NCBI GenBank assembly: GCA_030390025.1
Contig: CM059432.1
Location: 149,546,001-149,610,000 of the forward strand
Direction of reading: 5' to 3'
Length of the DNA: 64,000 bases
DNA from: Squalus acanthias
Taxonomy: Eukaryota
This document shows positions 24,040 to 36,565 of the stretch, piece after piece. Under the pieces are notes generated by a model. That model saw only the letters and a program-made list of their open reading frames with translations, was not told the origin of the DNA and searched no databases. The number at the start of each line of letters is the position of its first letter. The first letter of the stretch is position 1. Made by a program: the position numbers and the translations under genes.

Positions 24040-24968
24040 ACACTAAGGGGGAGGAAGTGATGCTTCAGTTGTACAGGGCCTCGGTCAGACCCCATTGGAG
24101 TACTGCGGTCAGTTCTGGGCACCGGGCCTCACACAAGATATATTGGTCTGGGAGGGGGCGCAGCGCAGATTCAGCAGAATGATCGCACTGCTGAAAGGGT
24201 TCAATTATTAAGACAACTTGGTTTGTCTTCCCTTGAGTTCAGAAGGTTGAGGGGTGATCCAATCGAAGTGTTTAAGATGATTAAAGGATTCGGTAGGGTA
24301 GAGAGATTTCCTCTGGTGGGGAAATCTAGAACAAGAGGGCAAAATCCTTAAATTAGAGCTCGGCCATGTAGGAGTGAAATCCGGAAGCACTTTCGCACAA
24401 AGTGGGAATTGGGAATTCTCTCCCCAGAAGGCTGTTGGATCGATTGAATCTTCACGACTGAGGTCGATGGATTTTTGTTGGGTAAGAAAAGAAAGAAAGA
24501 CTTGCATTTCTATAGCGCCTTTCACGACCACCTACGTCTCAAAGCGCTTTACAGCCAATGAAGTACTTTTTGAAGTGTAGTCACTGTTGGAATGTGGGAA
24601 ACACGGCAGCCAATTTGCACACAGCAAGCTCCCACAAACAGCAATGTGATAATAACCAGATAATTTGTTTTTTTAGTGATGTTGGTTGAGGGATAAATAT
24701 TGGCCAGGACACCGGGCAGAACTCCCCTGCTCTTCTTCGAAATAGTGGCCGTGGGATCTTTTACGTCCACCAGAGAGAGCAGGCGGGGCCTCGGTTTAAC
24801 GTCTCATCTGAAAGACGGCACCTCCAACGGTGCAGCATTCAAGGGTATCAAGGGATATGGAGCAAAGGTGGGTAAATGGAGTTGAGGTGCAGATCAGCCA
24901 TGATCTGATTGAATGGTGGAGCAAGCTCGAGGGGCTGAATGGTCTCCTCCTGTCTCTATGTTCCTATA
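24040..24968 (+). mobile_element. CR1 3' fragment interrupted by a DeuSINE
   Basis: MLQLYRA-VRP...RRLRGD; resumes as KGIKGYG after 24838. Confidence 0.8.
24485..24838 (-). mobile_element. DeuSINE, 5'-truncated
   Basis: Deu-domain and L2-like tail, similar to 11336-11698. Confidence 0.85.
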
Positions 24969-25000
24969 ACTCATTTTTCAAAGGTAGAAACTGCGCACTT

Positions 25001-25080
25001 CCACATGTGGACTGTCTCACAGGTGGACACTCCCACATGGGGACTGTCCCACAGGTGGACTGTCCCACAGGTGGACTGTA
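25001..25080. repeat. 16-bp minisatellite x5 (ccacaggtggactgtc)
   Basis: Units start at 25001, 25017, 25033, 25049 and 25065. Confidence 0.92.
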
Positions 25081-25153
25081 CGACAGTGCACTACTTATGC
25101 TGGTTATGTGGTTCCTTCGTTAGCTCAGCAGCATTATTGGAGGTACATTCCAA

Positions 25154-25834
25154 GTGAAGACAAGGGCAGATGTTGATGATAAAGTCCAACACCGCCTTCA
25201 GTGTGCCAGTGCCTGCCCTCCTGTATGCTTCAGAGACATGGACCATGTACAGCAGGCACCTCAAAGCACTGGAGAGGTACCACCAACGCTACCTCCACAA
25301 GATCCTGCAAATCCATTGGCAGGATAGGCGCACCAATGTCAGTGTTCTCGCTCAAGCCAACATCCCCAACATCGAAGCTTTGACCACGCTCGATCAGCTC
25401 CGATGAACGGGTCACATCGTCCGCATGCCCGATACGAGACTCCCAAAACAAGCGCTCTACTCGGAGCTCCGACACGGCAAGAGAGCCCCAGGTGGGCAGA
25501 GGAAACGCTTCAAGGACACCTTCAAAGCCTCCTTGAAAAAGTGCAACATCCCCACCGACACCTGAGAATCCCTGGCCCAAGACCGCACAAAGTGGAGGAG
25601 AAGCATCCGGGAAGGCGCCGAACACCTCGAGTCTCTTCGCCGGGAGCAAGCGGAAGGAGCGCAAGGAGCGCACGTCAACCCAAGCACCCACCCCCCACCC
25701 GCCCCTTCAACCACCGTCTGCCCCACCTGTGACAGAGACTGTAGGTCCCGCACTGGACTCATCAGTCACCTGAGAACTCATTTATAGTGTGGAAGCGAGT
25801 CATCCTCGGTTCCGAGGGACTGCCTAAGAAGAAG
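25154..25834 (+). mobile_element. 5'-truncated RTE-clade LINE
   Basis: LLYASETW...HQR.L.KIL.I.WQD...RLPKQ.LY.EL...GGQRKRFKD; (aag)n tail; TSD acattccaa at 25145-25153 and 25835-25843. Confidence 0.9.
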
Positions 25835-26070
25835 ACATTCCAACTGGTCATTCAGTTGTGTGTTCACTTAGATTCGCCTCAGCACAGTTGAGTTTCCAGA
25901 AACTGTACAGAGTAAATTGTTTGTGCTTTAAAAAATACAAGAAAAAAAATCCTCCCATTTAATGCACTCTCTGGAGTCGATTTTACAAGTTTCACACACC
26001 AGGGGTGCTAATTGAAATATCTGGCAGAGATTAATGTTCAGTTTCACAGCCTGCCTGATTTTCCATGTCA

Positions 26071-26885
26071 GCCTTGGCTCAGTCATAGCACTCTCACCTC
26101 TGCCTCAGAGATTCATGAGTTCAAACTCCTCTAAGGAGACTTGCGCACATAATCCAGCTTGATACTTCAGTACTGAGGGAGTGCTGTGCTGGCGGAGGAG
26201 CTGTCTTTCAGATGAGACGTTAAACAAAGGCCCTGCATGCCTTCTCAGGTGGATGTTAAAGATCCCACGGTACTATTTGAAGAAGAGTAGGGAAGTGTCC
26301 TGGTCAATACTTATTGAAACATATAAGATACTGAAGGGGCTTGACAAGGTAGATGCTGAGAGGATGTTTCCCCTCGTGGGGGAATCTAGAACTAGGGGCA
26401 TAGTTTCAGAATAAGGTGGCACCCATTTAAAACTGAGATGAGGAGGAATTTCTTCTCTCAGAGGGTCGTAAATCTTTGGAATTCTTTGCCCCAGAGAGCT
26501 GTGGAGGCGGAGTCATTGAATATATTTAAGGTGGAGATAGACAGATTTTTGAACGATAAGGAAGTTGAATGTTATGGGGAGCGGGCAGGGAAGTGGAGTT
26601 GAGGCCGAGATCAGATCAGCCATGATTTTATTGAATGGCGGAGCAGGCTCGAGGGGCCAAATGACCGACTCCTGCTCCTATTTCTTATGTCCTTATGTTC
26701 TTATGCTAATATTTATCCCTCAACCAACACCTGTGAAACAGATTATCTAGTCATTTATCTTATTGTTGTTTGTGGGACTTTGCTGCTACAACACGACAGT
26801 GAGTGCACTTCAACAGTACTTCATTGGCTGTGAGGTATTTGGGACATCTTGAGGTTCTGAAAGACGTGAAATACAAGTTCATTCT
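26071..26885 (+). mobile_element. DeuSINE with tRNA-like head, interrupted by a CR1 3' fragment (about 26310-26705)
   Basis: A box tggctcagt, B box gagttcaaac, Deu-domain; the insert reads LIETYKILKGLDKVDAERMF and ends in a (tatgttct) tail. Confidence 0.82.
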
Positions 26886-26891
26886 TTTATT

Positions 26892-26987
26892 CTGACGAAG
26901 GGTCATCGACCTGAAACGTTAACTCTGCTTCTATCTCCACAGATGCTGCTGGGCCTGCTGAGTATTTTCAGCATTTTCTGTTTTTAT
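26892..26987 (+). mobile_element. Solo Penelope pLTR starting at an intact family-A hammerhead core
   Basis: CTGACGAAGGGTCATCGACCTGAAACGTTAACT at 26892-26924; 14-bp TSD ttcattcttttatt at 26878-26891 and 26988-27001. Confidence 0.88.
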
Positions 26988-27031
26988 TTCATTCTTTTAT
27001 TAACTGTAGTTGTTTGAAGTCAATTCAGGTT

Positions 27032-27532
27032 GGCAAAAAATTCAATATTATGGCCGATCTGATGCGTGATTGAGAAGAGGAGCCAGTGCTGGCGAGGAAC
27101 ATTCAACAGGGCAAGTTACAGGGGCTGCTGGCTTAAGGGCATTCAAGGCTGATGTCCAAAAACAGCAGCCTGTAGGTCTTCACCCATGACCCTTGACCTA
27201 CTGGCTTCAATTTGATGGGGGCTGGCACAAGGCCGAACTCCTGGTTCTTGTAGGCAGGGGAGACAGGTGGCACCCTTAGGCCCCTCTTACCTCATTAAAA
27301 TAAAATTGCATGTGTCCACCTGCTTCAGGTGCCTGCTCTCTACACCCCTCCCCCCTCCCCGCTAAATACAGGGGGGTGGGGGGTGGAGAGGAAATGGCCC
27401 TGGGAATACCCAAACACACAAAGGGGGCTAAGATCCTGCACCAGGAGTGTCCTCCCACTTTTTCCCTCTGCGTTTCCCAGGTATAAAGTGGAGGAAAATC
27501 CATTCCACTGTTGGTGGACTTGAATTTTTTGC
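27032..27532. mobile_element. Probable old MITE
   Basis: Inverted ends gcaaaaaattcaa / ttgaattttttgc. Confidence 0.45.
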
Positions 27533-27774
27533 TTAACAAAAATTCGAAGCATTTTAGAACATTGTCAAGGTTATGAGGGCCTCAGAGAGAGCAGACAATT
27601 TCAGAGAGATGTGAGGAGAAACATTTTGAGCTGCAGCGATCAAAGTCAGGTGATTCCAGGAAGCACAAAGGGAGCCGCAGGGACATTAGAATAAATATAA
27701 GCAAATAGGTTCCTCTGGATTGGAAGCTTGCAGAATATTAAAGAGGACAAGTATCCAGACACAACAGATATTGT

Positions 27775-28950
27775 GGGCTGGATTTTAATGTGCAAGAGCA
27801 CATGGGTTTGGGAGTGGGGGGGGGAGGAAAAACTGGCGAAATTAACAGTGTGTCGGGAAGCCGACTGCAATCGACCGTCTTCCGGGTTTCACTGCAGCGC
27901 GTTAGGCTGAGTGCGCGACCCCCTCGGGACAGGCGGGTCGCCACTTACATATGTTAATTGCTCGATTAGAGCGATATTGACGTGGGTTTTCAACTTTAAC
28001 TTTGGGTAAATGGGTTTCCCAGGCTTCCTGGAACTCACCAGTGAAACCAAGGCGAGAACACAGCAGCAATTGAGGGGGCTGAAGCCATCTCAGGGAAATC
28101 TGCCAATAAATACTCAGTACTCACAGCTGATTTCTTACCTGCTTGTGGGAAAGGGTTTGTTCACAGTACTTGTGCTGAGAGGTTACTTTACACACTTTGG
28201 AGGTTTCATCTAGACTTTGGAGGTTTGGAAGTCTGATCTGCATTTTGGAGATCTGATCTATCAGATCAGGATGGGTGCTACTTACACTGCCTTAGATTGG
28301 ACATCAGATGAGGGCCAAGATGACCAGCCTCAGCAACAGCAGCCAGCTGGTCACCGACCTGTAGCTCCACAGGAGAGAGGGGAGCAGCAGAGAGGTGCAG
28401 CTCGCAGGAGGCTGTACCCGGCACACAGGGTCTATAGGCAGAGGAGAAGCTTCCTCGACATGTTGGAACACCAGTGTCAGAGGAGGCACTGGTGCTGGAA
28501 CAAGACCTGCTGCCAACTGGACCTGGTGGCCACGCTTTACCAGTGGCTGTCAAAGTCACCACCGCCCTCAACATTTTTGCCTCTAGATCCTTCCAGGGCT
28601 CTGCCGGAGTATTTGCTGGATCTCGCAGTCGGCGGCCCACAGATGCATAAGACAGGTGATGGATGACTTCTTTGCCAGGGCCGCCAATTATGTCAACTTT
28701 GCCTGCGATGACGCCAGTCAGAATGAGCGGGTGCTCGGGTTTGCGGCTCTGGCTGGCTTCCCACAGGTGCAGGGCATCAGTGACTGCACAGGTGGCAATT
28801 AAGGCATCCATAGATCACCCAGGAGTATTCGTCAACCGCAAGGGCTTCCACTCCATCAATGTGCAGCTGGTGTGTAACCATGAAAAGGTCTTTATGCAGG
28901 TGTGCGCAAAATTCCCGGGCAGCTGCCATGATGCTTTTGTCCTGCGGCCT
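27775..28950 (+). mobile_element. PIF/Harbinger transposon left end with a frameshifted transposase (about 28271-28950)
   Basis: Left TIR gggctggatttt; LPVAVKVT.AL, ISQSAAHRCI, GFPQVQG..DCT and [14 protein letters not shown]...[12 protein letters not shown] are HARBI1-type DDE motifs; 3' part absent. Confidence 0.9.
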
Positions 28951-29788
28951 CATGCTTCAGTGCCCTATAGTGCAGTGAGTTGACTCCTGAGGTGCAACAC
29001 ATCACACAATCAGCCCCCAGAGGCAAAAAAGGGACAAGTTAGAAGAACTGTTTATTCAACCACATCACACCTTCTGATAAACTGACTGGAGGTTTCTCGT
29101 AACATACTGGCTAATTGATACCTTTTCCATCAGGTTCATTTAAACCACCTGTCAGACAGGAATTGGTGGGCAGAGATCAAAGCTGTGTTATGTTTTTCAG
29201 GTGACAACTCGTCTAGATAACAAATTGACCAAAATATCTCCTTCCCCCATTACTAAGGCCGCTCTGTCGAGTTTCCAGTCACTCCATGTGTGATAACGAT
29301 TGTCCTTTGACCAAACTTCCTCGGTAGTGCGGTCGCACTAAGTTCCTAATCGCACCTTGGTCTTTCCCTGAGTCTTCTTGTTCCTTCTTCACATCCAAAT
29401 TCTTCTCCTGCCTCTCCTTCAAGGTCCTTCTTGCCTATTGTCCCCTCAGGTGCCTTTCTCACTGTCTCTGACTTGAGCAGCTCCGTCTTGTCCGTCATCT
29501 TAGCTCACTCTCCCTCACATCATCTGATTTCTTCGCACTTCCTCACTGCTCTCAAACCCACCCACCACCTTGACTGCCTTCCCCCACAGACAAATGTGTG
29601 CGCCACACACACTCACACACAGAAACTCACCCTCCTCACACACATGTACAGACACACACACACAGAGCCACCTCTTCAAGCTTGTCATCGCTTCTGGCCT
29701 CAAGCTCTCCTAAGTCTCTGTCCAATCACTTCATCTCCTGTCTGCAATGTATCCCCCTGCCTTTGAACATGTCCGCTTAATACTCCAA

Positions 29789-30681
29789 GGGGGAAAAATT
29801 CAGTTGGTTGCGCCTCCCGTTAGCGCCTTAAGAGGGCGCTAATGGGGCGCAAAGCATCTAGCGCCCAGGCGTGGCGAAGTTTGCGCCGCTCGCGAAATTA
29901 ACTAGACATTTTGCGGCGGCGCTAAACACTACCGCCACGATCTCCTGCGCCGGCAGATCGTGACGTCAGTCGAGTGCGCAACGCCCCGGTATCGCCCCGG
30001 AGCGGATATTGAGTGGCGCCCCCTGCCTTACTGCCTGACGCTAGCAACGACAGGTTGAGGGGAGCGTTCTGCAGTCATGAAGGGAAAGGGGGAGCGCTAT
30101 TTAAAGGTGACCGCTTCCTGCCTTTTATTGTTGGTGCCAATTTTGAACTACGCATTCTGAGAGAGAGAAAGAGAGACTTCTGGAGAGATTCAACGTTGTG
30201 TGAAGGAGTTTTGGGTACTGAGCAGCACTTTGCAGGTTCATTTTGATTTGCCATTCCTTGTATCGATTCACAAGAGACTGTGGGGGCTGGACTCTGAGCT
30301 CTTTGCCTGGTACTCTCCATTGTTCGTTCCAGCAGATTTGATGTGCAGGTCTCTCCAGGCCGAGATTCAAGGCTGCAATGAGCAGGATGTGGATGGAAAG
30401 CAAGATTAACCATCCCCTTTAAGAACTGGCCCGCGCCATTGTGTGTGTGTTCCATTGCTGACTGACATTACATGAGCTTCGCCAGCGCTCTGAGGTAGCG
30501 CCTCGCTCCTCGGCCTTTGCGCCTTAAGACAGGTGTGAAGCGCCTGATTTAGCGCTCCAATCACCTCCAGGGGCGATAAAAGTCAAGTTTGCAGTCAGAG
30601 GCGATAATTAGCGCCAGGCGCTAATCTTTGCTCCCGGCCGATAATTGCGCCCCAAATGGGGCGATACTGAATTTCTCCCCC
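29789..30681. mobile_element. Harbinger-like MITE (same family as 12786-13630)
   Basis: TIR gggggaaaaattcag / ctgaatttctccccc; flanks caa / taa. Confidence 0.85.
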
Positions 30682-30942
30682 TAAATGCTTCCATCTCTGG
30701 CCTACGTTCTGTGATGATATCTGTACGTGATTCCATCCTCCATATACCCAAGAGTTGATTCTTCTCAGTAGGAAGTCCCCGTATCCCATTTCTTTAAACA
30801 ATGGCTCAACAGCCTGTTGGACATCCTGCCCAAGGAAAGACCAATTCTCACCGCAAGACAGGTTCTGTAACAAAGTGCACAGTGACATTGTGATGGGGTC
30901 CACCAAGAGAGGCTGAGAGCTGCAACTGTTATTAAAACATAT

Positions 30943-31704
30943 TGGCCCGTATTTTCCGATCCCTACAGGTGGGTACGCGCTGTGTACACACCCGTAGGGA
31001 CATCGGAAATGCCGGTTTGAGGCATGCACAACGCATGCGCTGAAAGCCGGCATTTCCGATCTGTCAAGAATGCTCTTGACAGATCCTCCACCTGCCCTGG
31101 AGAAGGGCCCCTGAGGGGGGAGAGTTCCACTTTCTGCAGAACCTCCGCCCGCTGAAAACCCTTAGAAATCTTACGCCTGGTAAAAGCCTGCGTAAGGCCT
31201 GCTTTTACCAGCATAAGAGTTTAAAAAAGTAAAAAAAATAATTTTTTTCACTCATTTATAATTTAAAAATACTTTTAAAAAAGGTAAGTTTATTTTTAGC
31301 CCCATAAAAAACTTCAATTATTTTTTGAAAAAATAAATTTTTGTTTAAAATATTTAATTTAATGTAATTTTAACTCATTTTAAAAACGAGATGGTTTTTC
31401 AAAAATGTATTGAATGTTTTGATGTCTTTTTTCAGTGATCTCCATTCATATATTTGACAGGTCTATCTGTCAAAAGTATGAAGGGAGATTCCCTTCTCCT
31501 ATTGGCTCCCCATGGCCCACGTGATCCCAGGGAGGCTTGTGAACCGCCTGCGCCTCTGGGATACGTGGGCCCTGCGCATTTCGTAGTGGAGAGGCCCAGG
31601 AGCGGAAGTGTCCGGACCTCAGGAGCCCTCAGGTAAGGGCGTAGATTTTATTCCGATAGGAGGCCTCCGCACGCAGGAAGCCTCCGATCAGAAAATACGG
31701 GCCA
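30943..31704. mobile_element. MITE with AT-rich core
   Basis: TIR tggcccgtattttccgatc / gatcagaaaatacgggcca; internal layout shared with 36566-37322. Confidence 0.82.
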
Positions 31705-32309
31705 TTATGTGAGCAAACCAAGTGTAAAGTAAGCCTATCAAAAGTCTTGCAGACCCTGTTCAAATTATTCAAAGTCAAAATTGGGAGTAGGATGCTCACC
31801 ATTCCTGCCCCCATGACCGTTCAACCACTGACCGCCATTTCCATTTGAGCTTTCTTAGCTCCGTGGCAGTGAGTGAGCTGATTGAGTTTGGAGCAGTTGG
31901 TTTGGTTGAGTCTCAGGGAATATCTAGTTCGGAGCCCTTGATCTGATTTGACCCCATGGCCCAGCAGGTGGACTGTGGTTACTGATTGAGATAGTTTAAT
32001 TGTAAGAAGTGATTTTTTTTATATCGACAGTAATGAGCTGCTCCGAGGAACTTGCACCCAGTCTTCCCATGAGAGTTTATTTGTACTCTGCATTTTCCTG
32101 TATACCGTTTACATAATTTACAGAAACATTGAATCAAAAATAGTTTCAATACGAGGAGCAAAAAAAATGATCAAATTCACCTTGAAATGAAATTTACTTT
32201 GATCTGATTTATTCCCAGCTGGAGGTGCCTGTAAAATGGCCTTAATTTAAACTGAAGGGGAATTTTTTTTTTTTGTGTTTTGCTGAAAAGCATTTGAGAT
32301 CCAGAAAGA

Positions 32310-32705
32310 TTGAGTAGGCTGGGGCTCTGTTCTCTGGAAAAGAGAGACCTCGCTGAGGTCTTTCAAACTATGAAGGGGTTCGATAGGGTAGATTTGGAGA
32401 AACTGTTTCCACCTGTGGGTGTGTCCAGAACAATGGGGGCAAAAATATAAGGTAGAATTTAGGAGATTTCTTTCCACAGGGAGCGGTGAGAATATGGAAC
32501 TCGCTGCCACATGGAGTGCTTGAAGCAGCTAGCATTGATGCATTTAGGGGGGGGGCTTGATCTATATCTGAGGGAGAAGGGAATAGAGGGATATGGGAGC
32601 ACGGTGAGAAGAGGTAATTACAGTGTGAGGAGGCTCATGTGGAGCATAAACACCGATAGAGCCGATTTGGGATGAATAGCCTGCTTCTGTACTGCAGATT
32701 CTGTA
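32310..32705 (+). mobile_element. Old CR1 3' fragment
   Basis: RLGLCSLEKR...KGFDRVD...WNSLP-like sequence and 3' UTR. Confidence 0.7.
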
Positions 32706-33333
32706 GGACCAATTTTAACTCGGGCGGGAATTGGGGTGGGGGGGTGGGGGCTGAAATGGGCAGCAAACCGTCGAGCACCCTGGAGCGTGAGACTCGGGAG
32801 ATTCCCGGGCTTCAGTTGCATACCCCGACCCTGACTCTCGTCCAAAGTCAGTGGGAATGACATCACTGCTGGTGGGCAGGAGTCAAAATTGGCCGAAGGG
32901 ACCCATGAAAATGGTTCTCGGCGAGGAAAGTAAGGATTTGGGGATCGGCAAGTCATCGATCGGGAGAAGGAGAAAGCGTGGGAAGGAGGAGCACTCCTGC
33001 TCCTACCGGCCAATAAGGAACTTTAAAAAAAAAGGGGCTTACCCGGGCCGCCCCTGCCGCCAGCTTCTGTCGGCAGGCCAATAGACGGGGCCGCGATTAA
33101 AATGATGTCGTTGGGATGCGACGCTGCCATTTAAAATAGGTCCCTGCTCCTCTGGAGTGGATGGTCTTCCCGTGCCTGAAGACAGGAGAGTAAAAATGGT
33201 GGGGGTGGGGCGGGAATGCAATGGGAACACAGCACAACCCCCCCCCCCTCCCTGCCATTTAACCCTTCCTGGCCACATGGGCCCGGCCGGTTGAGGTGGG
33301 GGGGGGGGGGGGGGGGTTGGTTAATAATGGCCC
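32706..33333. mobile_element. Harbinger-like MITE
   Basis: Ends ggaccaattttaac / gttaataatggccc; GC-rich subterminal motifs like 2146-2889. Confidence 0.6.
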
Positions 33334-34023
33334 TTACATAATTCTCTGTAAATCATAGAACGTTTCTCAAAAGTACTGAATAGGTGCAGATCGTTTGAAA
33401 GTATTAAAAAAAGACACAATCGGTGGTCGTGTTCAGCACAGGCCGTGAATCTTACAGAGAGGAGCACTATTTAAATCCACTGACATTTTGCCGAAATTTG
33501 TTCTGCTAATGACAATCCATTAGCACGATGGGAAAGGACTGCTCTGTTCCATCAAGTCGTCTGCAAGCTGTTATCACTTCAGCGTGAAGCAGTAAGTAGT
33601 AGATCTTGGAAAGGCCGCAGTAGATGACTGCACAGGGAGTTCTGGTCATGCATGCTCTCTTTCTCACACCTGATCATGCCCATGCATGCTGGGGAAATGA
33701 TTTTGTACATTAGAATGAGAAGCTCGTGACAGCCAGTCCCAGCCTCCCACTTTTAACTTTGATTGCTTTGAAGGATGCTGACTGAGGATTCGCAGCTCGC
33801 TGCCATTAGCTCTGTCTATAATATAATTTGTTTCAATTGCTCTCTCAAGCACTATCACATACCCAGCAAAAATGTAAGAAGGAAACACACACAGACACAC
33901 ACACACACTGCGAAGGTTTTGACAATTACATGATAGGTGAACATAAATATACTCGACTTTCTATTATGCGAATGTGAGGTTCTGCCACATTCCCTACTCC
34001 ATTCCAGTGACTGTCTTAATGTA

Positions 34024-34244
34024 GCCATGATGCGGAGATGCCGGTGTTGGACTGGGGTGGACAAAAGTGAGAAGTCGCACAACATCAGGTTATAGTCCAG
34101 CAGCTTTATTTGAAATCACAAGCTTTCGGAGCGGCTGCTCCTTCGTCAGGTGAAGTGACCTGACGAAGGAGCAGCGCTCCAAAAGCTTGTGATTTCAAAT
34201 AAAGCTGTTGGACTATAACCTGGTGTTGTGCGACTTCTCACTTT
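34024..34244 (-). mobile_element. Fold-back hammerhead element (family B), copy 2
   Basis: Inverted arms centred near 34155; intact HHR motif on - (34116-34153), mutated on + (GAAA to AAAA); 12-bp TSD tgtcttaatgta at 34012-34023 and 34245-34256. Confidence 0.85.
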
Positions 34245-34292
34245 TGTCTTAATGTAATGATAGCTAGGTAACTGCTTAAAAGCTGAAAACCA

Positions 34293-35023
34293 GGGGTGAT
34301 TTTAAACCTACTTGCCCGGCAGAAACCTGACCGTCCCTGATTTTAACCTGGGATGGTGGCAAGGACAGCTGCTCAGAGGCAGCGAGGTCCCTTTTTTTAC
34401 ACACACGTGTTGGGTCCCGACGATGTCACGGGGACCCAAATGCAATTTTAACTTGACGACCTGAGCATGAAGTCACAATGGCTTCCCTGCCACATGAAGA
34501 CAGCTCCTCTCGGCCCCACAAGGAATGCTTACGCCCCGCCCCCGCCCCCGCTGCGGATCCATGCCCCCCCTTTCTGATTGTGAGACCCCCATGAAACGGC
34601 TCCAGAGAAGAGGCCCATAAAAATAATGCAAGATTTACCTTTAGCGGTTCTCTTCTCTTCCCTCACCCGTGGAACTGGGCAAAGCCTGCACTGCTCATAC
34701 GCCAACCGGCTTCCACCTTAAATGGCAGTCGGTGTCCTATTTCGGTCATTGGACACTGATTTCCATATTAAAATGGTCCTATCGCCTGAAACTTTGGTTT
34801 GCTTTTGGACACCCAGAGGTGGGCCCCTTTTAAAATGGCGCCCTCCGCACTGGCAGTGTTAACGGCGGTAGGCTACCGACCACAGTTGGAGGCTGTTACC
34901 GCCCTGTTAACGCCAGGCGAAGGGAGTGAAGTCAGCAGAAATGAAAGTCGGGAGAGAGGTGAAACAAGCTGCCGACTTGCTACCACCCGTTTTGTACCAT
35001 CGCCCAAAGTCAAAATCTAGCCC
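34293..35023. mobile_element. Harbinger-like MITE
   Basis: Ends ggggtgattttaa / tcaaaatctagccc. Confidence 0.55.
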
Positions 35024-36565
35024 ATAGTGTGCATCTCATGTATTGTCCAGTGATTTTTGCACCATTCAGGGTTAATTGTTAGATCAGAGCTACGCTAACC
35101 CATATTTGGCAGACAATAAGACACAGCTTTCTATCAATCAGAAACTCGGCCTGCTTATGGAAACAGCAGTCTAGCATTCAACATGAGAAAGGTGCTGGGA
35201 CAAAGTCCAAACTGTAACATATTTTAGTGACCCAGCCGCACTCTGCTGAGAAAATAAACAAGTCATGGAAGACACAGAACAGGTTGATTATTCTGTGTAT
35301 TAAATATAATTTGTCTTGCGCTGACATTTTTGCCTAAGCTATGGAAACTTGGGTGTGTGGGTGGTACTTGTAGCAGATAAAGTGCATGCAATGGATCTTA
35401 CTGCGTCCAATAATAGGATAGCATGGGGCAGTGCATCGATAATCTCATAGTTACTCACAGGGATATTTGGTCACACAGTTGGACAGACTCATCTTCAGTC
35501 AATATCACTGCTAACAATCTCTTGTCCTGTTGACAACTGAAGTTTATCAATCAGCTTTGAGCAAAGTCACAGTCGGACAAATTGCCTCATTAACAAAAAG
35601 TAACGAAAGCCACTTCTGAAAACAACATGAAGTACACCGACAACTAATAGTTTATGATCCTGACAATGCAATAGAGGTGCCTGGGTTTCTACTTGTTAAT
35701 GCTAACTGTGCTGCTTGCCCTGTTTAAAGGGGCACTGCCTTTCTGGGCAAAAAAAGTGTTTGGCAAATCTTTTTTTGGCACACAATACGGGTACGGCGTA
35801 AATTAATTTGGAAAGCATCGTGGTTTCATCACAAAATGATGGATTGCTGCTTTCGCTTTTACCCTTATTAGAAAAGAGAAAGGTTTGTCAAACTCTTCTT
35901 CATAATGTGAGTGCGTCTGTAAGTACAGCATGATATACAAATCCGGGGCATTAGAGCCAAGTTAGCGCACACTTGCTTGTTACTTAGGCCGTAGCAGCAT
36001 CTGTTATTTTTTTTCTGGTTTCCTTCTGTTTTCCCACGAGTGTGACAATCTGTCATAATGCAAAAATTGGCACAGCCAGAAGCCACATAGCGTCACTCTG
36101 CGCATAAGTTATTCGATTAATGACACATTACAGACTCCAAACTATGGGTAATTTGGTGCAGTCCGAGGCAGGTGTAAATCAATAGTGCCCCCTTCTAAGT
36201 ACAAAGAATGACTACAAGAGGAGATGGGGAAAGGGCAGAGCTGACAATGGGATGGATAGCCTCCGACTGTGATATAATTCATGCAAATGCAATACCAGAC
36301 TTTTGAGTGAGCAACTTGTCTCTTTGTGGATTCCGAAGGGTGAACAAGGAAAGACTGTGAACTCTGACTGAGAATCAGTGATAAGGGGTCATCAGCACAA
36401 AATTGTCACTAAGAGAGTGAGGAAAGAAATTGGTGGAAATGTCTTTGCACAGAATATGTAACACTGTCATGGTAAACTTGACTGAATCTCCATTTGACTG
36501 AATCTAAAAGTGACCAAATGTACTGACAGGCTTTGAGGCAAGAGGCTGCTTGGCTAAAACATGAT

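Noticed and set aside
25001..25080. CRISPR-like repeat array
   Set aside because: Units are head-to-tail with no unique spacers, the context is eukaryotic and there are no cas genes.
28663..28983. HARBI1 host gene
   Set aside because: Frameshifted, truncated and preceded by a TIR; a transposon relic rather than the domesticated gene.
29030..29780. Pyrimidine/CA-rich block, possibly an LTR-element or coding remnant on the minus strand
   Set aside because: No diagnostic motif or termini could be identified by eye.
33297..33316. Poly-G run as a functional G-quadruplex
   Set aside because: Homopolymer expansion inside a MITE; similar runs are common in these elements.
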